This document shows, one piece after another, positions 24,597 to 36,760 of a stretch of DNA of 64,000 nt. Under the pieces are notes generated by a model. The model was not told the DNA's origin and searched no databases. It saw nothing but the letters and a program-made list of their open reading frames with translations. The stretch comes from Paecilomyces variotii. Taxonomy: Eukaryota. The stretch lies in NCBI GenBank assembly GCA_004022145.1, contig RCNU01000001.1; one strand, given 5' to 3'. How positions within the stretch are numbered: the stretch's first letter is position 1; each line of letters opens with the position of its first letter. Both the position numbers and the translations under genes were made by a program.

Positions 24597-26577
24597 ATGA
24601 CCGTCCCAGGCGACTCGTCTGAGGCCACAGAGCCGACCCCCTCGACACCAACGACGACGCAAGAACCACTGGATGTACCGCGTCCGCCTTCCGTGGGTGA
24701 TATCTCGTCGCGCATGACCGACATCGCGTCTGAGGACGGTGATGAGTCCTCCCGGCCAAACACTCGGCGATCCTCGCAGCCATGGGCCCAGATGCCCTCC
24801 TCGCGACGAGGACCGCCGCCCGCCAGGAACTCCCTAACCTCCAGTCAGGCGGCCAGTCGTCCGACCAGTTCCGGAAGCAGGATGAGTCGCTCGCATGCGC
24901 CTTCGCTGGCTGCGCAGGGTTTCTTTCGGCCCATGAGCTCCCAGCGACTCCAGGCGCATCGCGGCACCCGTCCGCTCGCAAGGGGCGGCGCCTCCAGTCC
25001 GACAGGCGAAACTGAAGAAGGCGATAACAAACGGCGGAGCTTGATTTCCAATAGTACGCTGCGTCAAGGCACTCAGCTGGAAGATGTTCCTCCTTCGCGG
25101 GGCACCGAGTTCACGGATCCCATCATCCCCGATCGCGGCACCTCCAATGCCAGTCCGGTTGGAAACACTACCGTCAGAAGCCTGGGGGAGAGCGTCCGGC
25201 TGCTGCAAGACCGGGAGAAGAAATCAGTGCCGCAGACGCTGAATCTGAGTGTGAACTACAGGAACCCCGGGGGACAGAACGACCCCCCGCAGCGGTCCCC
25301 TCTGTCCTTCAGATCTGGGTTGCTCTCTCTGCAGAGCAAGAACGAGAATCCAGAAGGTCATGAGCGGCTATCATCGACGGTGTCGACTCCAAGAACTCTC
25401 GAGGCCAAGGCACAGCATGCCGCCGCTCCCCAGAAGAAAATGGGCAAGAATTATGAGTATTTCACCGGTAACACGGTCTTCTGGGGCAGCGGGCGATTTC
25501 AGAATGCAAGAGACAAGCCCGTCAATATCGCGACAGGTATTCTGGTCGCTCTTCCAGCGGGATTGTTTTTCGGGTTCTCGTACGTATCTTGATCATCGAT
25601 CTTTTGACCCCTTTGTACTAACGGACGGCGACAGGGCACCATGGCTGTGGCACCATATCTCGCCTGCAATTCCTATCCTCTTCGCCTATCTCTTCTACGT
25701 GTGCATGTCGTCCTTTATCCATGCGTCTGTGGTGGACCCTGGTGTAAGTGGCTATCCTTTATCAAATAGATTCGCGCGATCGTATGATATTAACGGCTTC
25801 TTGCAGATTATTCCCCGAAATCTCCATGTTATGCCACCACCAGATGCGGGATCCGATCCTCTGGCTGTAGGCCCTCCCACTACCGACTGGGTCATGATCA
25901 AGCTGGCTACGTCCGACGTGGCTGCGATGGATGTCCCAGTCAAATACTGCAAAACTTGCAACATCTGGCGGCCGCCGCGCTGCTACCACTGCCGAGTGTG
26001 CGATAATTGCGTGGAAACTCTCGACCATCACTGTGTCTGGCTGAACAACTGTGTGGGCCGGCGCAACTATCGCTACTTCTTCACTTTTGTGAGCTCGGCC
26101 ACTCTCCTGGCCCTGTTTTTGATTGGCGCGAGTCTGGCGCATATCCTAGTCTATCGCCATCAGCATGGCATCACCTTCGGAAAGGCCATTGATCACTGGC
26201 GTGTTCCCTGGGCGATGGTCATATACGGCGCCCTGGCTGCACCCTACCCCGGATCTCTGTGGGCTTATCATCTCTTCCTCATGGGTCGGGGCGAGACAAC
26301 CCGAGAGTATCTCAGCTCGCACAAGTTTCAGAAGGCTGATCGCTACCGGCCGTTCGATCAAGGAAATATCTTCCGCAACTGGATTGCTGTGCTGGGGCGG
26401 CCTCGTCCCCCGACGTATCTTCAGTTCAAGCGGCCATATCAGGAGGGCGATCAGCGCTTTGCAACGCGGAAACGCAAGGATCGCATCAATGACCTGGAAG
26501 CACAGATGGGCATGGAGATGCAGGAAGTGCCTCCCAGCTCCCATGGGGCTACTTCTGGCTCACGACCTCCAACATGA
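24597..26577 (+). CDS. ERF2: DHHC palmitoyltransferase Erf2
   Basis: Exons 24597-25579, 25635-25743, 25807-26577. KYCKTCNIWRPPRCYHCRVCDNCVETLDHHCVWLNNCVGRRNYRYF; NYEYFTGNTVF; GETTREYL. Confidence 0.94.
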
Positions 26578-27703
26578 ATGCTATCATCTGCTTGCCTGGG
26601 AAGCCCCCGATCTCGTCTATTTCGTTACCGCTATTATCATCACGATTCTTACTGTCATATTCGTCTCTTTTTCGACACTTTCGAGACTCCTTTTTGCAAT
26701 TACTCTATTTCTAATGCCGATAATTGTCGGATCGGTTCCTATCCGTTTATCTTCGTTGCCCTCATTTACTGTCTCCCTTCTTATCATCTATCTGCCTTCT
26801 TCCATGACGACGTTTGACGCCCACAACCTGTGCAAGCTCGGCGCTTAGTTTTCTTCTTCGACTGTCCATTTCTGGAGATTCTTTTTCTGTGTGATATTTG
26901 CCTTATCTGTAAAGGCCGTGTGTTATATGCTGGTAGATATTCTATACTGGAAGGTTTGGCGGGACAATCTATGGTTATACGGGATTAGTGAACCGTGAGG
27001 GGTTTGGCTGTATGATATTGTCGGTTGGCTAGAATATAGTTAGTACTAGGTAGTAGTTAGTTTATCAGATATCCTCTGTTGCAGGATCGTCAAATAAGAA
27101 TACCTGCGCCTGACTTCTTCCTGACTGAACATCTTTACAGTCTATCATGTGCATAAATGAAATAAAATAAAGATCATAAGCCAGAAAACCCGTTGAGCTC
27201 AAGCGGGGGAGTGGAATGCTGCATACTGGACGGGCGGCTGCAAGGAGAGAGAAGATGAGCTGCTTATTATTTAGTCTCTCACCACCTCCGCTCGCTCTCT
27301 CTCTCTCTCCTCCTCCCACTCCACGCATTCTCTCCTCACCAACGCTATCCCAGCTGGACATTCTCCTTGTCTCCTGGAGGAGGTCCGGCTGATCTATCCG
27401 CTTTGTACTTTGGGGCAGGCTCTTTTTTCCTACGGGCCAAGACGCGTGCGAACTCTCTCTCCCGCGCTCTCTCCTATTATCTGCTACTAGTTACTGTCTT
27501 TCTATCCCGATATCAGTAACGCTGAAGGGTCCACCGTCTCCACTGGCCGTCCTTGTCCCCTGTACTCCGTTCTCTCTCTCTCCGAACTTCCCATGCTCAC
27601 GGCCGTCCTCATCGTCTGAACCTCCAGCAGCAATTGAGGGTTCCTGCTGCCTGCTGCTAGCAACTCTCGCTCGCGTACACCACCCCACCGGGGAGAAAAC
27701 GTG

Positions 27704-30365
27704 ATGGCACGTCGAACTCGATCGTCCGTCGCGTCTGCCGGCCCTCTTCCCGGCCCAGAGCAGCCCGAACACACTCACGAACTCCCCGAAGACGCCAGCA
27801 CCGTCGATTTCTCCGGCCAGCTCCTCACGCCTGAGAACAGCCGCTCCGAAACATCGAGCAACCATGAACAACCGCTAGGTGAAGGCGAGGAAAACCCAGC
27901 AGGGCGGCGGAGGTCGACACGCGCGAAACGCGCTTCTCTCCGAGCCATTGAGAGTATGGAGGATATGAAGGAGGAACCACAACAGTATCCACGCGCGACG
28001 GAGCCTGCGTCGGACGTGCAGAGTCGGAGTGTCTCTGGTGAGACGCTGGTTAATAGTATTTTGGAGGGCCATTCCTCGCGCACGACGCTTCTCAGACATA
28101 GTCTCGCGGTTATGGAGACAACTTCCTGGAGCCAGACTACACTTGAGCGCGAAAGCGGCGAAGATGCGGCAGAGGTCGATGCAGGACCAGATGTGTCGAA
28201 GTCGCAGACTCCGGATCGCAAACAGGAAGAGGATACCAGTTCGGTGCGGACACTGAGAAAGAGGGACCAGACAGGAAAGGTCAATGGCAATTCTTCCAAT
28301 AGCGAGAAGCAGACGCCGACTAGGCGGTCGTCACGGCTGAGTCTTCTGGGCAAGGCCACCAATCTTGTCGACCGCGCCAGCAGCCTGCTGGGCAAGCGGT
28401 CGAGAGATATGATGGATAAAGGAAAGGAAATTGGTCGCCGCGCAAGCTTGCGCCCGCGAACAGCCAAGGAAGAGCCTGCAGATTCTACCAGCAGGGACGC
28501 ACCCGCAGCAAAGAAGAGGCGCGTGTCAGAGAGTGACCTTCCCTCCAAGGCTGCTTCCGACGAGCTATCTGCTTCAAAGGAACCGCCTACGCCGGAGACA
28601 CCACCTCGCTACAAGCCGAAGCGCTGGCTTCTCCATGGTCTCTACACCGGTCAAGAACCAACGACAGAGCCTCCACGAGTCAGCAACTCGAGAGCGAATA
28701 ATGCGCGCAGAAAGAGCAACGGGAATGCGCAGAAACAACAGCGGAAGCTCCTCCCAATGCCGATGTTTGCGGGCGATAGGCTCCTGAAGAATGGCAGGGA
28801 CTTCAAGTTGCCGTTTGATATCTTCTCTCCGCTTCCTCCTGGTCAGCCCAAGCCGGATGAATGGCGCAAGACCAACAAGAGTGAGTCCTGGGTTGCATCT
28901 ATTGCTCTTATATTGTTTTACTGATTACACGTAGATGTGTTCGTGGGCGAGGCAGCCAGTATCTGGAAGGCAAATAAGCACGTAGAGCTTTCAACTTGCA
29001 TGTGTACGCCGGAAACGGGTTGCGACGAGAACTGTCAGAACCGGTATATGTTCTACGAATGCGACGACAGCAATTGCCGGTTGGGACTGGGCTGTGGAAA
29101 CCGCAATTTCGAGGAGCTCAAGCATCGCACCAAAGCAGGAGGAAAGTACAACATTGGTGTTGAAGTGATCAAGACCATGGACCGCGGATATGGAGTGCGC
29201 AGCAACCGGTCCTTCGAGCCTAACCAGATCATCGTTGAATATACCGGCGAGATTATTACCCAGTCGGAATGCGAGAATCGGATGAGGACGATCTACAAGA
29301 ATAATGAGGTGGGAACCTACTCCTATCGAGTTTATTAGGCATCTCTTTGCTAACCCGACTTCAGTGCTACTATCTTATGTACTTCGATCAAAACATGATT
29401 ATCGATGCCACGCGCGGCTCGATTGCCCGCTTCGTGAATCATTCGTGTGAGCCGAATTGCAGAATGGAGAAGTGGACTGTGGCTGGAAAGCCTCGCATGG
29501 CTCTCTTCGCCGGTGACCGGGGCATCATGACTGGGGAGGAGTTAACCTACGACTATAACTTTGAGTATGCTGTAAAGCTTCTTCTTGAGACATGCATATG
29601 CTGACATTCTACAGTCCTTTCTCGCAGAAGAACGTCCAAGAGTGCCGTTGCGGCGCATCAACCTGCCGCGGCGTGTTGGGACCCCGGCCCAAGGACCAAC
29701 GTCCTAAAGAGCCCAAGATGGACGACAAGAAGAAATCCAAGACCAAGGCTCGTAAGGGAGGCAAGTCGACGCTGGCAGGGACCAAGCGCAAGCTGGAAAG
29801 TGTGCTAGACGAATCAACTTCACGTCTGAACAAGAAACGTAAACTTCTGACCCCAAAGTCGATCAAAGCCGGTGTCAAAAAGGCAGTCTCCAAGGCGCGC
29901 ACTTCAGTCTCCGGTAAAGGTCGGGCCACTACACAGGCTAAAAGCACTACCACAAAAAAGACAGTCAAGAAGGTGGCTGCGAAGAGTGCGAGATCCAAAC
30001 TCAAGCCGAAGATGAAGACGACGAAGACCGGAGCGAAAACCGTGGCAAAACCAAAGGCCAAGGCCACTGTATACCGATTGAATTCGAAGGCGACCTCGCG
30101 CGCTCCCTCCGTCAGAAAAGCGAGCAACTCTAGCAACAAATCGGCCAGCACATCGAAAGCAAAGGCTAGTCCAAACAAGAGGTCAACACCAACTAAAGGT
30201 GCTAAAGCCAGCCCAAAACGGGCGACCAAAGCCACGAAAGAAACCAAGAAAAGCCCAACCAAGACGGTCAGCCGTCGAGGCTCAGTCAAGGATGCCGCTA
30301 AGAGTGTTGTTCGGACGGTGAAGAGGGCCAGCAAGGCGTCGACTAAGAGCGCGAAGATTGTCTAA
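27704..30365 (+). CDS. ASH1: Histone H3K36 methyltransferase Ash1 (AWS-SET-postSET)
   Basis: Exons 27704-28880, 28935-29308, 29365-29564, 29615-30365. AWS CMC..CDENCQNR..EC, SET DRGYGVR..IDATRGSIARFVNHSCEPNC..GEELTYDY, post-SET CRCGASTCRG; no Set2-type WW/SRI region. Confidence 0.88.
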
Positions 30366-30918
30366 AGCAACTCGATATCGAGGCTGATACTTCTCGCGTC
30401 CTAATCAGGCTCAACTTCGCATTTCTCCTTCCTCTCAGCGCCGACTGGACGCTTTGCTCACACGCTGCATGTTACGCATAATTATTGCTTACGTAGCTCC
30501 TACTGTCCTCGATTTAGTCTCGTTTCTGCGTTCTTCATCTACCACGTACGTCTCAGGAGGGTGTGCAACAGGAGTTCCGGCTGGGTCCTACGGCGTTCGA
30601 ACCTCGATCTTGTACCACTGGATTTAGTGATTCTTTTCTTCAGTACCACTATCAATATTCCTCTTGTCCTACAACATTACGGGGTTGACAGTTATGGATA
30701 TCTTCGGCCTTTTTTTTTTTTACCTTGTTTTTCTATCCTTCTTCTCCTCATACATTCATAAAGGATTATGTATCTTTCTTCTAGCTGAGCTATTAGTTTT
30801 TCGCTTCTTTTTTTCCTTCTCTCGTCTTCAAAGTTAATTTTTTCCCCAATGTCAAGTACGGTATGGTACGGTATGCTTTTATGCTCTGGTATGCAAACGG
30901 GATGCAACGGTCTACTAC

Positions 30919-30974
30919 GGAACAGGAACAGGAATTAGGATAGGATAGGATAGGATGAGGATGAGGATGAGGAT
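30919..30974 (+). repeat. Compound microsatellite (GGAACA)n/(AGGAT)n/(GAGGAT)n
   Basis: ggaacaggaacaggaattaggataggataggataggatgaggatgaggatgaggat, between the convergent 3' ends. Confidence 0.8.
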
Positions 30975-31789
30975 TCTGCAGGAAATGGCAACATTTATCT
31001 ATCCGGTTTCGAACAATGGTCTGACTTCATGTTTATTATTATTGTTTTCCTTGTACTGTACTTTTGTTTCTCTCTGGTTATCGAATTACTATTTTGCTTT
31101 TGCTTTTTTTCTACTTTATCTTCATGCGTTGAGGGATAGGACAACTTGGTGATGTTGAGCTAGCTGGTTAATTAATGCGTGTGCGTACGAGTAGTTAGTA
31201 ACTAGTATTGCATAACAGCAGTAACTTGATATGAAACAGATGGTGAAAAGAAAAGAAAATTAATGACCGAATATATGTTTCAGGATATGGGTATTCTATG
31301 ACTGTCTTACTGAGACGCTCGGAATAATAGATACTAGTCGGGTTTCTATATATATAAACCTGCCTGCCCCCACCATGATACAAAGATAGCGAACCCAGTT
31401 CAGATATTTTCAAAATAGAATCCATCTAGGGATGATAATATCATCCATATGTATATATATATTCCTTCTTTACGTGGGATAGCAGGTAGAACGAGAACAA
31501 GAAAAAGTTATCACGTATGATAATTACCCGTCTTTTCCTGAAACAACGAGGTTAAATAATATTCTACAGTACAGAGTTATAATAATAGACCGAGCCAATT
31601 TCCCTATAAACATGCTTGATGAACGCCCGCATAAAAGGAACTGGAGAAGAGACCGCAAACCAGAGAGTAAGTACCAGAGACGCCGTCTGAAAGGGTCGAT
31701 GGGGGTAAGATAGGAAGAGGTAATATAGTGGGTATAAGATTTTGTAGGAAGATTGGATGGAAGTCCTATGGTCGACGAGCTTGGATGCT

Positions 31790-33971
31790 TTACTCTTCTT
31801 TGGTTTCTTTCTTTTCTTCGGCGGCATCAGGTGCAGGTTCAACGGGGGCTTCCGCTGGTGCTGTCTCAGCGGGCTCAGGCTGGGTAGGTTCAGGCGCTGA
31901 TGGTTCTGGGGCAGGCTCTGAGGGTGCCGGTTTCGGTGATGATGAAGATGGAGCTGGCTGTGCTGGTTGTTCTTGTTGCTCACTCGGTTTATCACCTAAG
32001 CTGGCTTCGAGGGTGCCTAGCAAATCAACCTCGGCATTGTTGGAGGGAGCAGGAGCAGGCTCTGGAGCAGGTTCTTTAGGTCCTGTAGACTCTGTGTTCG
32101 TCTCAACAGCCACGCTGGACTCAGTGGGCGCGGGCGCCTCTGCTTCCTGAGGAGCCGTAGCTTCTTCTGTAGTACTCTCCGGTTTGGCCTCCTCAGCCTT
32201 CTCAGGCTCGGCTGGCGCTGTTGTGTTTCCCGCCTGCGTATGTTCCACACCTGCCATCTCTTCTGGCTGTGGCTCTGGTCTCGTCTCCTGCGGCTCCTGT
32301 GGTGCCGAAATAGGCTGCTCCTGTGAGACTCCCTCCATTGGTTCGGACTCGACGGGTTGCAGCGCTGCAACTGGTTCCGCAACTGGGGGAGCTGGAGCTG
32401 GAGTCTCGTCTGTAGAAGGTTGCTCTGCGACCGGTGGTTGCGTAGCAGCTTTCTCACTGTCAGGCTCGCTGAGTTTCATGTCTACGTCGGCGGGCCTCGT
32501 GTCTGATGGGACTTGCGGGCTCGGCTGCTTCTCCTGCTGCATGGGTCGCTCGGTAGTAGTACTATCTTCATTTGCAGTAGCTGAAGCCGGATTCTGGGCT
32601 TCAGTATTAGACTCCGACGTAGGAGGGACATTCGCCTCAGTGGCAGGCGTTGCGCCAGCTTCCTGGGGCGCGGCACTTGGAGATTTGGTTGCTGGTGCTG
32701 AACCGGCATCCTCATCACTCTCCTTCCCTTCTTCGCCTTCCTCCTCTTCCTCATCTGATCCCTCTATGGGTTCGCCAGCTGCACCATCGATCGACATACG
32801 TAGCCCTTCCTGCTTTGCAGCTGCTCCGTCGGCCCCAGCGGCGTGTACCGCGCCTGCGTCTCCGCCCTCTCCAGGAGCAAACATAACCTTCTTCTTTCTG
32901 CCTTTCCCGACGCCCTTCGCCTTGCGTTTCGGAGGCGGGGGACGTCTCTTAGGGGCAGCATCCGCTTCGGCGCTGGCGACAACCACTCCCTCTGCGTTGA
33001 CAATGCCTACACCTTCGACCACTGTTCCAGGAGCGGGTGTTTCCTTGATAACCGTAGCGTCGGGTTGCTCCGGTACAACTTCGCCAGTCTCTTTGATCTC
33101 TCCCTCGAGGGTATGACCCTCCGGAATCCACGCTTCGTAGATCGAAACATTTCCAGTGGCAGGGTCGACTTTCTTGAACTTTGTCTTTCTCATCGGCGGT
33201 GCAGGGGTAATTCCAGTGCTTCCCAATGCATTGAGCGCAGACGCACCATATAGTGATGGCAAGCCAGGTCTGCGCCTGGCGAGGAATTCTACTTCGGGAG
33301 GCTCCATATGTCTAGGAACAGCGGTCCACTTCTTGGCCGTAAAACTCCGCTCGGTCCTGGGAACAGCAGCGGGAGTATCGTCGATATCCGTAGTCTCCTT
33401 TTGCTCCCCATTCGTATCCTTGTTCACATGGCGGATGTAGATACAGCCTGCACGGGCAGCACGAAGCAGAGCCCTACTCGAGGGTGTCAAGAGATGACTG
33501 TCCTTGGGCATGGGAAGCTCAGGGAGAGGTTGGCCACCTGCAGCCCCTCCAATACCAGAATCAGGCTCATCCATCTTCTCCGCCTGAGAGAAGATGTGAG
33601 GCTGGCGCGTCCAGCGCCGGACGGGTAAACCCTCGAATACATCATGATCGACTGTCCGACTCCGACTCGCAGCACTGTTGTCGATAAGCTGCCTCCCCGA
33701 ACGCGAGGACCTGAACTACTTAATGTCAGCGTCTTGAATATCTTGCACGGAACCAGTCGTGAGAGTCCGGAGGAGAGGTGGCTGTTCTGCAACGCTGGCA
33801 ACGGCCAACATGTTGACATGCAGTAATAACGGGTCGCGATGTATCGCTTGTACTCCTTATGAACAAGTAGCACAGTTGCGACACACCAAAGGAGCAGGCC
33901 GGTGGACGACTTCACTCGAAACAGGTATCTGACGAAACGGTGACATTGACTGCACTTACCGTGGGCGCCAT
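31790..33971 (-). CDS. Conserved-looking hypothetical fungal protein (N-terminal HDVFEGLPVRRW region, NLS-like basic patch, acidic Pro/Glu/Ala tail)
   Basis: 12-nt exon 33971-33960 (MAPT|gtaagt), 244-nt intron, then exon 33715-31790 giving MAPTFRSSRSGRQ...HDVFEGLPVRRW..LPELPMPKDSHLL; KRRPPPPKRKAKGVGKGRKKK basic cluster. Confidence 0.82.
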
Positions 33972-34492
33972 GATGAAAGCTAGCAGACTAGCTGTATCAC
34001 GCGCAGCTCAAGTGAATGCCACTAGCCTGAGATCCCCACTCAATGTTGAAGAAAGCAATGGGCGCAGTGAGTGGAGGAAGAACGGCGGCGCGTCCTGATG
34101 CTTTGCGATGGCGCTGTCACGGAGCGTTTGCGGAGAGTCGAGGGTCACGTGACAATTATTTTGTATGACGGAGTAGCGCTTCAAGGGAGATAATGGCTAC
34201 AACCACATAATGCGCCCAGAATACAAGATAGTGTTTATTTAAAAAGTAATACTAGATAAGTAGACTGCCGAAAATAAACAGCTGATTCATCCGTACGCGT
34301 CAACAGAACATTGGAGAGTAGAGAAAGGAGATGAGTTATGTAAATTACACAGGAGCGCCATTACATGTGCCTAGCATTATCTCTTCCATCTTCCCCCAAA
34401 CAACATGAGGTAGTACAGTTGTGCATTTAGTTTATACAGCGCTGTCTCATGGCCTACAGAGCCATATCGCATTCCCTTCTAGACCCAACTGC

Positions 34493-35126
34493 TTAGTCCC
34501 AGCTGCAATAGGCGTTAGTCTCAGTCTCGATAAAAATAATGAGTTCGAAACCAGGTTGCCTTACCCGGTATCCTTCTGGCGAACAATATCGCCTTTATTC
34601 CCTGTTTGCTTTCCCTAGACATACTGTATCAGCAGGTATCCTGCATGAGGTGATCTCAGATCGAGTTCAGACTCAAACATACCGTCTTCTGTCCTTCAAC
34701 GACCAGCCTGTCCAGTTGGTAGAACTGACTGATGGTGGTTTGTCTCTGCAGCAAACGGTTAGCATCGTCGCAAAATTTTTATAGCCATCATCTTTTGAAC
34801 AGTATGTCCACCAACCTTCAGCATCTGCAGGTTTCGCAGACCCTCCTGGATCAGTTCTTGAATCTTCCGATCCTCCGTCTCATGCTGATGCTCGTGGAAC
34901 GCATCCCTCGTCCTTCGTCGAGCGTACTCTCGGAAGTTGTAGTTCGCAAACTGCGAAGATTGTCGGAGCAGAGAGCGGAACTGTATGGCGCGAAGCATTG
35001 CAGTTAGCTACGACCATGCTTCTTCAAGGTCATCCAGGACATCTCTCTTCGGGCAAGGGTTTCAGCAGAACATACCAGAGAGCGAACCTGGAACGCGGTA
35101 TCACGCTGTAACGTAGAAACAGACAT
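34493..35126 (-). CDS. ISD11: LYR-motif protein Isd11 (LYRM4), partner of cysteine desulfurase Nfs1
   Basis: Exons 35126-35076, 34980-34816, 34745-34683, 34614-34565, 34502-34493. [51 protein letters not shown]. Confidence 0.94.
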
Positions 35127-35832
35127 GATTGCTTATTTATATCGTCCTGAGTGGAGAGTGGAGTATTGTTATATGGAAGGAAGGATTGAAATCAACCAGC
35201 CTGAACTGTTCGAGCTTCGGACGTCTGCAGATTCTCCGTCTTGATGCTGCACGGAAACTTAGCGGATAGCCCGGAAAGGACTTGGGCGTCGATTCAGTCA
35301 ATCGCCAAATGGATCGTATCGTCAAGAGAAACGAGATTCAGCGTGTGCTATTGTTGAGAATATCTGTCATAGCAGCAGTAACCAATGTGGCGCATTCGGG
35401 ATTTGATGGCTCGACCGGGGATCGTCGTCGCCGCAAAACGCGGAGAGCACTGTAGTTCTCTCCTCGATGGAAATTGGATTATAGTGAACAGATGATATAC
35501 GGGTGAAGCAGCGATAGATGCTTCGGGTTGTGGTGCAATCAAACCGCACGTCTTGTGAGGGATAACGGACGGCGTTCTCTTTTTCTGTTAGCTCGGAGAG
35601 ACGATGACGGAGATACGAGCGGAGCCTCTTCCGCCTCGGCCTTAACCGACTTTACTTTCTGGCTCGACTCTCTTGGACCATTCAGTCCTGCACGCTGGAC
35701 GAGTTAATAGTTATTGCTCGATGTATTAACTATCCTTTGCCATTGATCCTATCTATCCCCCTCGAATTGATCCCTGTCAGCCATTGTCGTCATCTTGCTT
35801 TCATCTGATCGGTCCTAAGGACCAGACGTACA

Positions 35833-36760
35833 ATGGCCCAGGTTTCGGAGTCTGGCGCATTTGCGCAGCTCTCAGAAGCCCGAGAAAAGCCTCTAGGGAA
35901 GCCAGAGTCATCTTCCAAGCTCCTAGAATCACTGGATAGCTTGTTGGAGCAATACCTGCAGCTGCTTCACCGTCACCAGACGTTGCATGCGCAGCTGGGG
36001 AAACAACTCTCATCGGTGCGCTCATCTCCTGAGCTAGTCTCTGCTATACGGGACATTTCCCTCTTGAACCTCTTTGAATGGTGATCTGATCATGTCTCTG
36101 TCTTCAGGGCTTCTTCTCTCTCGCGCAGGCCAACTATTCTTCTCCGGGCCGACGCTACGGTCAGGACTACTATGACGAGCGCATGAAAGCTACACGGAGG
36201 ATGTAAGAGCGATGCTTGCCTCTCATGTGTTCTACGGGTAGACGGAAGACTGACTGTCAGGTACCTGAAGATCAGTAGAGCCGCCTGCCAATCGTGAGGA
36301 CAAGTCTTCAGAGCCCGAAGAGACTGAAGACACCGGATCATCCAGCCAGAGCTATACCTTCAAGATCAAAACCACGTTAGCAGAGTACGAAACAGAGGAG
36401 GAAAAGCCTAAATCCGAAACAGCAGTCTCAGGAGAGAATGCGGAAAGTTCAGAGTCAGCCTTGAATCCAAGATCAGGCGAAACGGCTGAGGACCGAACGG
36501 AGACTCCTTCAACGCCCGGGGAATCAGAAGAAGGGGCTCCTTCAAAGAATTCGTCGATCTCAACAGCCCCAAAGAGGGCATTACCTTCCCCTGATCCTCT
36601 CAGGTGGTATGGTGTTCTCGTCCCGCCGTCGCTTCGAAGTGCTCAGAGATCATTCGTCACCGCAACGGAGAGCATGTCGGAGCTGGCTAGTATAATGACA
36701 GAGATTCGAAACGTGGAGGAGCGCGTGTCTAAGCTGAGATACAGACTTGGACTGTCATAA
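35833..36760 (+). CDS. VMA22: V-ATPase assembly factor Vma22/CCDC115-like
   Basis: Exons 35833-36015, 36108-36202, 36271-36760 (AAG acceptor). LLEQYLQLL, GFFSLAQANY..RYGQDYYDERM, DPLRWYGVLVPPSLRSAQRSF. Confidence 0.85.

Noticed and set aside
27775..33116. Long opposite-strand ORFs (27775-28548, 29609-30334, 32184-33116)
   Set aside because: Mirror images of low-complexity regions of ASH1 and the 31790-33971 gene.
33970..34032. ATGATGA...CTGA pair resembling a box C/D snoRNA
   Set aside because: Antisense to the start and 5' UTR of a protein gene, with no terminal stem or recognisable rRNA guide.
2506..35126. Apparent enrichment of mitochondrial/cofactor genes (MIX17, ApbA-like, COQ4, small mitochondrial gene, ISD11)
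   Set aside because: Interspersed with unrelated housekeeping genes; no shared pathway or convincing shared motif, so chance is sufficient.
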